A stretch of DNA of 64,000 nt from positions 55,617 through 119,616 of the forward strand of contig CBFHRA010000003.1 in assembly GCA_965658115.1 (NCBI GenBank). The letters are read 5' to 3'. Positions 30,448 through 39,909 of the stretch are shown here, piece by piece (the first letter of the stretch is position 1; each line of letters begins with the position of its first letter). The notes under the pieces were generated by a model that made no database searches, was not told where the DNA came from, and worked only from the letters and a program-made list of their open reading frames with translations. The position numbers were made by a program, and so were the translations under genes. This stretch comes from Candidatus Arcticimaribacter sp. (lineage in GTDB: Bacteria > Bacteroidota > Bacteroidia > Flavobacteriales > Flavobacteriaceae).

Positions 30448-31476
30448 ATGAAAGGAGTCTTATTGGTCAATTTAGGGTCGCCAGATAGCCCTAACCCACC
30501 AGATGTAAAAACCTATTTAGGAGAGTTTTTAATGGATGAAAGGGTAATTGATTTACCTAAACTATTCCGCACCTTACTGGTGAAGGGGATTATCTTAAAT
30601 ACCCGTCCAAAGAAATCGGCAAAAGCCTATAAAAAAATATGGTGGGAAGAAGGATCTCCCTTAATCGTTTTATCAGAACGACTTCAAGCCAAAGTGCAAG
30701 ACAAGGTGAGTGTCCCAGTAGAATTAGCCATGCGTTATGGAAAACCTTCCATTAAAACTGGCCTTCAAGCATTAGCCGATAAAGGGGTGACAGAAACCTT
30801 AATTATTCCGCTTTACCCACAGTTTGCCATGGCGACGACAGAGACCATTTTAGTCTTGGCAGAAGAATTGCGCCAAGAGCATTTCCCACAAATGAGCTTT
30901 ACTGCCTTGCCGCCTTTTTACAAGCATCCAGACTATATTAGAGTTTTGTCAAATTCGATTCAAGACTATTTAAAAGACAAAGAATGGGAGCATTTATTGT
31001 TTTCTTATCACGGGGTGCCAAAACGCCATATTCGCAAGTCAGACATCACAAAGTCGCACTGTAAAATGGATGGAAAATGTTGTCAAACCGACTCTCCAGC
31101 CCATGAGTTTTGCTACAGTCATCAATGCTATGAAACCACAAAACAAGTCGCCGAATATTTAGAATTAAAAGAAGGCACTTATTCCACTTCTTTTCAATCG
31201 CGCCTGGGTCTTGATCCATGGTTGCAGCCGTATACCGATAAAACCATTGAGGCTTTCGCCAAAAAGGGCACAAAAAAAATGGCTGTGGTTACCCCAGCCT
31301 TTGTTTCTGATTGTCTAGAAACCCTGGAAGAAATTGGCATGGAAGCTGCCGAAGATTTTGAAGATAATGGGGGAGAACATTTACACGTGGTTCCCTGTAT
31401 CAATGACCGCGAAGAGTGGATCAATGTAATGAGTCGCTGGGTCGATGAATGGGCCCTTTCACCCGTAAAAGCCTAA
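30448..31476 (+). CDS. hemH: Ferrochelatase
   Basis: GVLLVNLGSP, LAMRYG.P, LYPQF, FSYHG.P, FQSR, DCLETLEEI; ATG at 30448. Confidence 0.96.
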   Translation: MKGVLLVNLGSPDSPNPPDVKTYLGEFLMDERVIDLPKLFRTLLVKGIILNTRPKKSAKAYKKIWWEEGSPLIVLSERLQAKVQDKVSVPVELAMRYGKPSIKTGLQALADKGVTETLIIPLYPQFAMATTETILVLAEELRQEHFPQMSFTALPPFYKHPDYIRVLSNSIQDYLKDKEWEHLLFSYHGVPKRHIRKSDITKSHCKMDGKCCQTDSPAHEFCYSHQCYETTKQVAEYLELKEGTYSTSFQSRLGLDPWLQPYTDKTIEAFAKKGTKKMAVVTPAFVSDCLETLEEIGMEAAEDFEDNGGEHLHVVPCINDREEWINVMSRWVDEWALSPVKA

Positions 31477-32819
31477 TGGCAGATCGCTCGATACAAATGG
31501 GGACAGACCCCATTGGTAAACTATTGATACGGCAAGCGGTTCCTGCTTCCATAGGCATTCTAGTGATGTCACTCAATATTTTAATTGACACCATTTTTGT
31601 GGGACAGTGGATCGGTGCGAATGCAATTGCAGCCATCAATGTTGTCCTTCCAGTTTCTTTCTTTATTGCCGCATTAGGAATGTCTATCGGGATGGGTGGT
31701 GGTTCTATTATCTCTAGGGCCTTAGGAAGTAATGAAAAAGCACGAGCGAGTAAAGTCTTTGGGAATCAGTTAACCTTAACCTTTCTTTTTACCCTAGGCT
31801 TTATGATTATGGGCTTGGTATTTTTAGAACAAATCATTCCATTATTTGGTGGAAAGGGAGCGCTTTATCCCTTAGCTAGAATTTATTATATCATTGTGGT
31901 GATTGGAGTGCCTATACTAGGATTTTGTATGATGGGGAATAATACCATTCGAGCAGAAGGCAAGCCAAAGAATGCCATGTATGCATTGGTATTGCCTTCA
32001 ATCTCAAACTTGATTTTAGACTATGTTTTTATCTATCAAATGGGTTGGGGGATGGAAGGTGCCGCCTGGGCAACCACCTTGTCTTATGCCATCTGTGGGG
32101 TGTATATTCTCTATTTCTTTTTATCTAATAAATCAGATTTAAGTTTAGGTTGGAGTGACCTATTACTCGATTTAAAGATTGTTAAAGAGATGGGAGGACT
32201 AGGCTTTGTTACCCTTGCCAGACAAGCCGTGGTGAGTGTTACTGTTCTATTGGTCAATAATATTTTATTCACCTTAGAAGGAGAGAATTTAGTTGCTGTT
32301 TATGCTATTATTAGCCGCATGCTAATGTTTGCTCTTTTCCCTATCCTGGGGATCACACAAGGTTTTGTTCCTATTGCAGGCTTTAATTATGGCGCAAACA
32401 AAAAAGAGCGGGTGGTAGAAGTCATCAAGAAAGCCATTCTTTATGCGACGATATTAGCCACCCTGGTTTTTATAATGATTGTCTTTTTTGCCGATCAAAT
32501 TGCAGCGGTGTTTACAAATGACCCCGAAGTAGTTTCAACCACAGCAAATATTTTGACTTGGGTCTTTTTAAGCACACCTATAATTGGGATTCAGTTGATT
32601 GGGTCGGCTTATTTTCAAGCAATCGGGAAAGCAATACCTGCCTTGTTATTGACCTTGACAAGACAAGGATTTTTCTTTATTCCGTTGCTGTTAATCTTGC
32701 CAAGTTATTATGGTTCTTTTGGGGTGTGGATCTCTTTTCCTATTGCAGAAGCTGTTGCGACTGTAGTAACTGCCATCTTTTTGCAGCGAGAGCTAAGAAA
32801 ATATATCGCCGCTAGCTAG
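31476..32819 (+). CDS. MATE family efflux transporter (MepA-like)
   Basis: About 12 TM helices; DTIFVG, IRAEG.PK, G.EGAAWAT, Q.FVPIAGFNYGA; TAATG coupling with hemH. Confidence 0.9.
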   Translation: MADRSIQMGTDPIGKLLIRQAVPASIGILVMSLNILIDTIFVGQWIGANAIAAINVVLPVSFFIAALGMSIGMGGGSIISRALGSNEKARASKVFGNQLTLTFLFTLGFMIMGLVFLEQIIPLFGGKGALYPLARIYYIIVVIGVPILGFCMMGNNTIRAEGKPKNAMYALVLPSISNLILDYVFIYQMGWGMEGAAWATTLSYAICGVYILYFFLSNKSDLSLGWSDLLLDLKIVKEMGGLGFVTLARQAVVSVTVLLVNNILFTLEGENLVAVYAIISRMLMFALFPILGITQGFVPIAGFNYGANKKERVVEVIKKAILYATILATLVFIMIVFFADQIAAVFTNDPEVVSTTANILTWVFLSTPIIGIQLIGSAYFQAIGKAIPALLLTLTRQGFFFIPLLLILPSYYGSFGVWISFPIAEAVATVVTAIFLQRELRKYIAAS

Positions 32820-32874
32820 AGCGTTTGCTCTCTTCTTTTTGTATTTTTAGCAGAACAATTAATCTTATATCAAG

Positions 32875-33414
32875 GTGGACGCCTATTACAATTACATCAA
32901 ATCTTTGCATTTAATCTTTGTGATTACTTGGTTTGCAGGCTTGTTTTATATGCCTCGTTTATTTATTTATCACATTGAGGCGATGGAAAAAGGCAGTCCA
33001 GATCGAGAAATTCTCGCCGAACAACTCAAATTGATGGCAAGGCGTTTATGGTATATCATCTCATGGCCATCGGCGGTATTAGCGACAATTTTTGCGCTGC
33101 TTTTACTGTATATCATTCCGTCTTGGTTAACACAAGATTGGATGTTAATTAAGTTGTTTTTTGTGGGTTTACTTTTTCTATATCATTTCAAAACCCATCG
33201 CATTTTTAAAGCCTTTCAAAAGGACGATATCCAATATTCTTCTCTGTTTATGCGGGTGTGGAATGAAGGGGCAACGCTCTTGCTTTTTGCCATTGTCTTT
33301 TTGGTGATTTTAAAGAGCAGTTTTCATTGGATTTTTGGGGTATTGTCTCTGGTAGGATTAGCTGTTTTATTGATGCTAGGGATTAAGCTGTACCAAAAAG
33401 TGCGCAAGGATTAA
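32875..33414 (+). CDS. hemJ: Protoporphyrinogen IX oxidase HemJ (CopD-like family)
   Basis: KSLHLIFVITWFAGLFYMPRLFIYH, RVWNE..T.LL..IV.LVILK. Confidence 0.9.
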   Translation: MDAYYNYIKSLHLIFVITWFAGLFYMPRLFIYHIEAMEKGSPDREILAEQLKLMARRLWYIISWPSAVLATIFALLLLYIIPSWLTQDWMLIKLFFVGLLFLYHFKTHRIFKAFQKDDIQYSSLFMRVWNEGATLLLFAIVFLVILKSSFHWIFGVLSLVGLAVLLMLGIKLYQKVRKD

Positions 33415-33418
33415 AGTT

Positions 33419-34867
33419 ATGGAAGGAAGAAAAATTTCATTGAGATCGAGGATATTTTTCTCCATGATTGTCTTGACAATTTTCTCCTTATTGTTAATCC
33501 TTTTCGCTTCTTATTTACAATACAACGCTCAAAGTGAAGACTATAACTTAAGGCGACTCTTCCGAAAAGAAACTCAGGTAAAAACTCACCTGAATTATTT
33601 GATGCAGCGCGACACTGCCTTTCAAAAAATTCAACACAAAAAGACAAATTACCAGCAGGAATTCACTTCTATTGCAGCCATCCATAAAGTGCAATACGCA
33701 CTTTTTACCCTAGAGGGTTTACCCCTTTTTTACTCTTATGCAGAAATGGAGAAAGAGGATGAAAATTATCGATTGTCCCAAGAAGTGATAACGCAATTAT
33801 TCGAAGATCAAAGTCTTCGGTTATTGCAACAAAATCAAGCAGAGAAAGGAAAATTTCAATCCTCCTACAGTGTCTTATCAGATGACAATGGGCAGCCCTA
33901 TGTGATTTTATATTTCCCTTATTTTGAAGATGTATCTTTTAGCACGACAGAGTTAAATACCTTTTTAACCCGGGTATACCAGATCTCTTTATTGATGACG
34001 ATTATTACTTTTTCTTTTGCCTTTTTATTGTCAGGATTTATCACACGACCAATAGAAAACCTTCGAAATAAAATCGATAAAATAGGACTCTTAAAAGGCA
34101 ATGAAAGGGTTACACTAGATAATGCTAGTAAAGAGATAGACAGTTTAGTAACCTCTTTTAACAGTATGTTAGATGCCTTAGAAGCGAGTGCAGAAAAATT
34201 AGCAAAAAGCGAACGGGAGCAAGCCTGGCAGGAAATGGCCAAACAGGTAGCGCACGAGATTAAAAACCCTTTAACCCCTATGCGATTGACCATTCAAAGC
34301 TTTCAGCAGCGTTTTGACCCCTCAGCAGAAAACAGTCTGGATAAACTAAACGATTTTTCTAAAACCTTGATCGAGCAAATCGATACCATGAGTAGGGTAG
34401 CCAGTGCTTTCTCTGATTTTGCCACCCTTCCACAACCCAATATCTTAGAAGAGGACATTACAGAAATTACGCGTCTTGCCACAGAAATTTTTGACAATGC
34501 CAAAATCAAATTAAATTTCCCTTCAAAAGCTGTGGTTTGGCCTATCGATAGAACTCAGTGGATTAGGGTAATGACCAACTTAATACAGAACGCGATTCAG
34601 GCTGTCCCTCAAGGTAAATCTCCCGCGATTGAAGTTACCTTAAGGGCGACTAAACAAAAACTAAAGGTTCAGATTAAAGACAATGGCACAGGCATTTCTC
34701 CAGATGATATTCCTAGGGTATTTGAACCAAAATTCACTACAAAAACCGGGGGCATGGGCTTAGGCCTTGCCATTGTAAAAAATATCATTTCTTCTTTTAA
34801 TGGAACTATAGACTTTCGCTCTTCTTTTGAAAAAGGAACCACTTTTTATATAGAATTAAACCGATAA
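33419..34867 (+). CDS. Sensor histidine kinase (HAMP-HisKA-HATPase, NtrY-like)
   Basis: Two TM helices, AWQEMAKQVAHEIKNPLTP, NLIQNA, DNGTG, FTTKTGGMGLGL. Confidence 0.93.
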   Translation: MEGRKISLRSRIFFSMIVLTIFSLLLILFASYLQYNAQSEDYNLRRLFRKETQVKTHLNYLMQRDTAFQKIQHKKTNYQQEFTSIAAIHKVQYALFTLEGLPLFYSYAEMEKEDENYRLSQEVITQLFEDQSLRLLQQNQAEKGKFQSSYSVLSDDNGQPYVILYFPYFEDVSFSTTELNTFLTRVYQISLLMTIITFSFAFLLSGFITRPIENLRNKIDKIGLLKGNERVTLDNASKEIDSLVTSFNSMLDALEASAEKLAKSEREQAWQEMAKQVAHEIKNPLTPMRLTIQSFQQRFDPSAENSLDKLNDFSKTLIEQIDTMSRVASAFSDFATLPQPNILEEDITEITRLATEIFDNAKIKLNFPSKAVVWPIDRTQWIRVMTNLIQNAIQAVPQGKSPAIEVTLRATKQKLKVQIKDNGTGISPDDIPRVFEPKFTTKTGGMGLGLAIVKNIISSFNGTIDFRSSFEKGTTFYIELNR

Positions 34868-34871
34868 ATCA

Positions 34872-35648
34872 ATGATGACATTTGAGCACCTTTTAGTTGA
34901 AAAACAAGATAAAATTGCCTGGGTAAGTTTACATCGCCCTAAAAAATTAAACGCCTTAAATGCTGCCCTATTAGAAGAGCTTCATCATTTATTTCAAGGC
35001 CTAGCAGAGGATAGTGAAGTTCGCGTAATTGTGTTAACGGGAAGCGGTGAAAAGGCTTTTGTCGCGGGAGCAGATATAGCAGAATTTGCTCAGTTTGACG
35101 CCCAGCAAGGGGAGGCATTATCGCGTAAAGGACAAGAGAAGGTTTTTGATTTAATTGCACAATCTTCTAAGCCAGTGATTGCAGCCATTAATGGTTTTGC
35201 ACTAGGCGGAGGGCTTGAATTAGCCTTGTCCTGCCATATCAGAATTGCTTCGAAAAATGCCCGTATGGGCTTACCTGAAACTTCTTTAGGGGTTATCCCA
35301 GGCTATGGTGGAACCCAGCGTTTAGCGCAACTCATTGGCCGTGGAAGAGCAACAGATTTGATTTTAACTTGTAGAATGATGGGAGCAGAAGAAGCCTTGA
35401 AAGTTGGCCTAGTTACCCAAGTGGTTACTCAAGAAGAACTTTTAGCGAGCGCGGCAATATTAGCCGATAAAATCATGCAGAATTCTTCAAATGCTTTGGG
35501 ACATGCACTGGCTGCGATTGATGCGGGTTATCAAGAAGGCGCAGACGGTTTTGAACAAGAGATTAAAGCCTTTGGCCAATGTTTTGGCCATCCAGAATTT
35601 AAAGAGGGAACACAAGCCTTTTTAGAGAAACGAAAGGCTAATTTCTAA
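34872..35648 (+). CDS. Enoyl-CoA hydratase/isomerase (crotonase)
   Basis: AFVAGADI, INGFALGGGLELA, PE..LG.IPG.GGTQRL. Confidence 0.93.
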   Translation: MMTFEHLLVEKQDKIAWVSLHRPKKLNALNAALLEELHHLFQGLAEDSEVRVIVLTGSGEKAFVAGADIAEFAQFDAQQGEALSRKGQEKVFDLIAQSSKPVIAAINGFALGGGLELALSCHIRIASKNARMGLPETSLGVIPGYGGTQRLAQLIGRGRATDLILTCRMMGAEEALKVGLVTQVVTQEELLASAAILADKIMQNSSNALGHALAAIDAGYQEGADGFEQEIKAFGQCFGHPEFKEGTQAFLEKRKANF

Positions 35649-36372
35649 CCCCTTCTTTTACGGCATTTTCTAACAAATCAATCGCTTTTTCCATTTCCAT
35701 TTTATGTGGCAAAATGGCTTTTTGAACCTTTATTTCTAAACGCACTCCTAAAGGCATGGGGAAGTATTTCCACTGAGCTAATTTCCAAGAATTATTGATG
35801 CTAACGGGGACCAATACCGGATTTTCAATATTGGTCAACAAGGTTCGCAAGCCTGCTCGTTGAAATTTTTTAGGTTGCCCATTGCGGGTTCTTGTTCCTT
35901 CGGGGAAGATCACCACAGACCAGTTGTTTTCTTGAACATTTTTCGCAAAAGTAGCGATGGCTTCTAGCGAAGCCAAAGGCGCTTTTCGATCAATTAAGAC
36001 ATTACCGCCATTGCGCAAATGATAAGAAATACTAGGTAGCCCTTTTCCCAATTCTTTTTTGGCGACAAACTTGGGATGGTATTTTCTCAAATACCAAATA
36101 AGGGGTGGAATATCATAAGTGCTTTGATGATTTGCCGCAAAGATCAGAGTGCCTTCTTGTGGTAGAGGATCTGATACTTTAAAGACGATTCTTGTCCCTA
36201 AAAGATTGAGGCATCTTAAGAGGAGAAAGTTCAAAGCATCTATTGCTTTTTTTTGAGCGTTGAGACTTATCCACTTTAAACAAAATACTTGTATAGGATG
36301 GAAAAATAAGAGACAACTACTAAAAAAGCAATAGTAGAGAAAAGAAAAGGGGTAAGCGAGGAGCTTTAACAT
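35638..36372 (-). CDS. Lysophospholipid (PlsC-family) acyltransferase
   Basis: NHQSTYD (HxxxxD), FVAKKEL, FPEGTRT. Confidence 0.9.
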   Translation of the reverse strand: MLKLLAYPFSFLYYCFFSSCLLFFHPIQVFCLKWISLNAQKKAIDALNFLLLRCLNLLGTRIVFKVSDPLPQEGTLIFAANHQSTYDIPPLIWYLRKYHPKFVAKKELGKGLPSISYHLRNGGNVLIDRKAPLASLEAIATFAKNVQENNWSVVIFPEGTRTRNGQPKKFQRAGLRTLLTNIENPVLVPVSINNSWKLAQWKYFPMPLGVRLEIKVQKAILPHKMEMEKAIDLLENAVKEGVRN

Positions 36373-36389
36373 CCACCTTTTAGATTGGT

Positions 36390-36800
36390 TTAGCAGTGCT
36401 CGTCGTAAGCTTGTCTTAAGTTAGCAGCAATCATATCTGCAGGGCGACCTTCGATATGGTGACGTTCTAACATATGTACTAATTCTCCGTTTTTAAATAA
36501 TGCCATTGAAGGAGAAGAAGGAGGAAAAGGCACCATCATAGAACGAGCAGCATCTGTTGCTTCTCTATCTACTCCTGCAAAAACGGTTACTAAAGAACTA
36601 GGGACTTTTTCGTTATCTAGTGAAAATCTAACCCCAGGTCTTGCATTTGCTGCGGCACAGCCACAAACAGAATTTACGACAACTAAGGTGGTACCCTCTG
36701 CATTGATAGCCGCTTCAATCGTCTCTACTTTATTTACTTGTTTAAAACCTACTGCGGTTAACTCGTCGCGCATAGGTTGTACTAATTCAGCTGGATACAT
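36390..36800 (-). CDS. BrxA/BrxB family bacilliredoxin
   Basis: MYP..LV.PMR.ELT, NSVCGCAA..ARP, TVFAG.D, PPSSPS.ALFK.G, RH.IEG; ATG at 36800. Confidence 0.9.
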   Translation of the reverse strand: MYPAELVQPMRDELTAVGFKQVNKVETIEAAINAEGTTLVVVNSVCGCAAANARPGVRFSLDNEKVPSSLVTVFAGVDREATDAARSMMVPFPPSSPSMALFKNGELVHMLERHHIEGRPADMIAANLRQAYDEHC

Positions 36801-36821
36801 AATTGTTTTTTTTTGCTTAGG

Positions 36822-36888
36822 CAAAGATAAAGAGTTTTCTCATTTTGACATTGTAGTTGTCCTCATTTTAAAGTTAAAGTTATCTTTG
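36822..36888. promoter_or_regulatory. Divergent pair of -7 elements (TATCTTTG on each strand)
   Basis: Minus strand 36829-36822 upstream of the brx gene; plus strand 36881-36888 upstream of the DjlA-like gene. Confidence 0.6.
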
Positions 36889-36908
36889 TTCTTAGAAAGA
36901 TCAAGAGA

Positions 36909-37637
36909 ATGATAAAGTGGATAACTGCCATATTAGGATATACTTATTTTCGCTTTGGCGGAGCAATACTGGGCTACTTTATTGGGAGCCTTCTAGAGCA
37001 GCTTTTTCGACAAGAAAGACGCAATCCTTTTGCTAGTGTTACATCGCAACGTATGCAAGCCGACCAAGTACAGCTTAATTTACTCTCTCTTGCAGCCATA
37101 GTGATTAAAGCAGATGGGAAGGTCGATGAAAGGGAGTTGCGCTTTGTGCGGAACTATTTTATCAGTAATTACGGAGAGGCTTATGCTTCTTCAATCTTCG
37201 CAAAATTCAATACAGAGGTTAAAAAAGAGGAGCAAAACTTAAATGAGATAACACGCTTATTTGCTCAAAGAGCTCCTTATGAAACCCGCCTTCAGATTTT
37301 ACACTTTCTCTTTGCTATTGCGAATGCCGATGGACATATAGCAGAGGTTGAGGTGCAAAAAATTCTTCAAATCGCCAATGCCCTAAAGTTGCGTTCTATG
37401 GATTTTGAAAGCATTAAAGCGATGTTTGTAAAATCTGCAGACAACGCCTATAAAATTCTTGAAATTAGTCCAAGTGCTAGCGATGCCGAAGTGAAAAAAG
37501 CCTATCGCAGTATGGCGAAAAAATATCATCCCGATAAATTACAAACACAGGATGAAGCCCTAAAGAAAGGAGCGCAGGAAAAATTTCAGCAAGTACAAGC
37601 GGCCTATGAAGCGATTCAAAAAGAAAGAGGTTTATAA
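36909..37637 (+). CDS. DjlA-like co-chaperone (TerB-like domain plus C-terminal J domain)
   Basis: N-terminal TM with G-rich motif, KADG.V...E, J domain with HPD (KKYHPDK). Confidence 0.9.
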   Translation: MIKWITAILGYTYFRFGGAILGYFIGSLLEQLFRQERRNPFASVTSQRMQADQVQLNLLSLAAIVIKADGKVDERELRFVRNYFISNYGEAYASSIFAKFNTEVKKEEQNLNEITRLFAQRAPYETRLQILHFLFAIANADGHIAEVEVQKILQIANALKLRSMDFESIKAMFVKSADNAYKILEISPSASDAEVKKAYRSMAKKYHPDKLQTQDEALKKGAQEKFQQVQAAYEAIQKERGL

Positions 37638-38197
37638 TGGATACGATTCAATTTTATACCACTTTAGGATTTCAACATGTTACTGATCTTAACGGTTTAG
37701 ATCATCTGTATTTTATTGTTGCCTTAAGTTTACCTTTTGGGATTAAAGATTGGAAAAAACTTTTGTGGTGGGTCACTTTATTTACCCTGGGACACAGTCT
37801 TTCTTTGATTGGTAACTATTATGCAGGTTATGGTTTTTCTAGTTATTGGATAGAATTATTAATTCCAATCACCATCGCAGTGGGCTGTTTCCCCTTGTTA
37901 TTGCAAAAAAGACCAAGTGCAAACGGCTTTAGCAGCGCATTAACCTTTCTTTTTGGCTTAATTCACGGTCTAGGTTTTGGGCGCTTTTTTGCGATGATGG
38001 TTGAACCCGATGCCGCAATTGTCGGTCTTTTTTCTTTTGCTATAGGAGTAGAATTTGCTCAATTAGCCATTGTTTTAGCCGTGATCTTGCTCAACTATTT
38101 TATCCCAAAAAGGGGTCGTTTCTTAAAGTTTTGGCGTTTGGGATTAGGGGGGCTAATCTTCCTTTTAGCACTTGCTATGATAGTTGAGAGAATCTAG
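37637..38197 (+). CDS. HupE/UreJ family membrane protein
   Basis: LGF.HV.D..G.DH..F, FTLGHS, FGLIHGLGF, GVEFAQ. Confidence 0.85.
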   Translation: MDTIQFYTTLGFQHVTDLNGLDHLYFIVALSLPFGIKDWKKLLWWVTLFTLGHSLSLIGNYYAGYGFSSYWIELLIPITIAVGCFPLLLQKRPSANGFSSALTFLFGLIHGLGFGRFFAMMVEPDAAIVGLFSFAIGVEFAQLAIVLAVILLNYFIPKRGRFLKFWRLGLGGLIFLLALAMIVERI

Positions 38198-38227
38198 TTA
38201 ACTTACCCCTCTAATATATTTAGCTTA

Positions 38228-39448
38228 ATGAAAAAGATTGCTTCTTCCTTTACATTGCCCAATGGCTCTGTCTTAATAAATCGCATTGCAAAATCTGCCA
38301 TGAGTGAAAACATTGGGACCTTGAGCAATGCTCCTACAAAAACCTTGATCAACGCTTACAAAGTATGGGCAAAAGGGAATCCAGGTCTTTTAATCACAGG
38401 AAATGTAATGATTGACAGCAAAGCGCTGGGGGAGCCCAGAAATGTTGTGGTGGAAGATTACACCCATTTTGAATTGTTAAAAGAGTGGGCAAAAACGGTA
38501 GAAGGAACGGGCGTGCATTTATGGCCACAATTGAATCACCCAGGACGACAAGCCTTTGGTTCTATTAACAGAGAAGTTGTTGCACCTTCGGCGGTCCCAT
38601 TGAAAATGGGGGGCGCCTCAAAAATGTTTAAAGTCGCTACTCCGCTAACAGAAGAGGGGATTTGGGACATCATTAAACGCTTTGGGAATGCGGCAAGAAT
38701 CATGAAAGAAGCCGGTTTTACCGGTTGTCAAATCCATGGAGCACATGGCTATTTGGTGAGTCAGTTTTTATCTCCAATTAGTAACACCAGAACAGATCAA
38801 TGGGGCGGTCCACTAGAAAACAGAGCCCGCTTTGTTTTGGAAGTCTATCGCGAGATTCGCAAGCAAGTAGGACCAGATTATCCGGTGGGAATTAAGATTA
38901 ATTCTGCCGATTTTCAACGCGGTGGCTTTACCGAAGAAGAATCGATGGAAGTCGTTCAAATTCTTTCACGCGAGGGAATGGACTTGATTGAAATTTCTGG
39001 TGGCACCTATGAAAAACCCGCCATGGTAAAAGGAAACCGCAAACAAAGTACCGTTGAGCGAGAAGCTTATTTCTTAGATTATATCAAGAAAGCACGTAAA
39101 ATAACTGACAAGCCCTTGTTGCTTACCGGTGGATTTCGATCGGTAAAAGTGATGGAAGAAGCTCTTGCTGGAGGAGCGATGGATGTGATAGGCCTGGGAA
39201 GACCTTTTTGCTTGTACCCCAATCTGGCTCAAGATATTTTTGACGGAAAAGAAAGCCGCTTTGAAGCACCTGTCCCCACAATAGGAATTCAACTGCTGGA
39301 TAAAATGGGCGGGGTAGAACTTCCATGGTATGAGTTGCAAATTCAACGTCTAGGGAAGGGAAAAAAACCTAAACCTTCGCTAGCGGGGATCTGGGCCTTT
39401 TTGTTTACCCTGAGGGGAATGTTTTTAAAATCTTTTTTGAAGAATTAA
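38228..39448 (+). CDS. NADH:flavin oxidoreductase (Old Yellow Enzyme family)
   Basis: NRIAKSAMSE, QLNHPGRQ, IHGAHGYLVSQFLSP, KINSADF, ISGGTYE. Confidence 0.9.
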   Translation: MKKIASSFTLPNGSVLINRIAKSAMSENIGTLSNAPTKTLINAYKVWAKGNPGLLITGNVMIDSKALGEPRNVVVEDYTHFELLKEWAKTVEGTGVHLWPQLNHPGRQAFGSINREVVAPSAVPLKMGGASKMFKVATPLTEEGIWDIIKRFGNAARIMKEAGFTGCQIHGAHGYLVSQFLSPISNTRTDQWGGPLENRARFVLEVYREIRKQVGPDYPVGIKINSADFQRGGFTEEESMEVVQILSREGMDLIEISGGTYEKPAMVKGNRKQSTVEREAYFLDYIKKARKITDKPLLLTGGFRSVKVMEEALAGGAMDVIGLGRPFCLYPNLAQDIFDGKESRFEAPVPTIGIQLLDKMGGVELPWYELQIQRLGKGKKPKPSLAGIWAFLFTLRGMFLKSFLKN

Positions 39449-39477
39449 GCCAAACAAAATTGATATCTTCGTTTAGC

Positions 39478-39909
39478 ATGAATAAACAAGCACAATACGA
39501 TCGCGCCTATCTTTCAATGGCAAGGACCTGGGGAGACCTCTCTTATTGCGAGCGCAAGAAAGTAGGTGCCCTAATTGTAAAAGACCGGATGATAATTTCT
39601 GACGGGTATAACGGCACCCCTTCGGGTTTTGAAAATGTTTGCGAAGACGAAGAACACTATACAAAATGGTATGTGTTACATGCCGAGGCAAATGCCATCC
39701 TTAAAGTCGCTTCTTCGACACAATCGTGTCAAGGCGCAACCCTCTATATCACCCTTTCTCCTTGTAAAGAATGTTCCAAATTAATTCATCAATCTGGCAT
39801 CAAGCGTGTGGTTTATGCCACTGCTTATAAAGATCTATCTGGGGTTGATTTTCTAAAAAAAGCGGGGGTAGTAGTTGAACATTTTTCTTTAGAAAACAAA
39901 AGCGAATGA
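39478..39909 (+). CDS. dCMP deaminase family protein
   Basis: GYNGTP, HAEANA, SPCKEC zinc motifs; ATG at 39478. Confidence 0.92.
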   Translation: MNKQAQYDRAYLSMARTWGDLSYCERKKVGALIVKDRMIISDGYNGTPSGFENVCEDEEHYTKWYVLHAEANAILKVASSTQSCQGATLYITLSPCKECSKLIHQSGIKRVVYATAYKDLSGVDFLKKAGVVVEHFSLENKSE

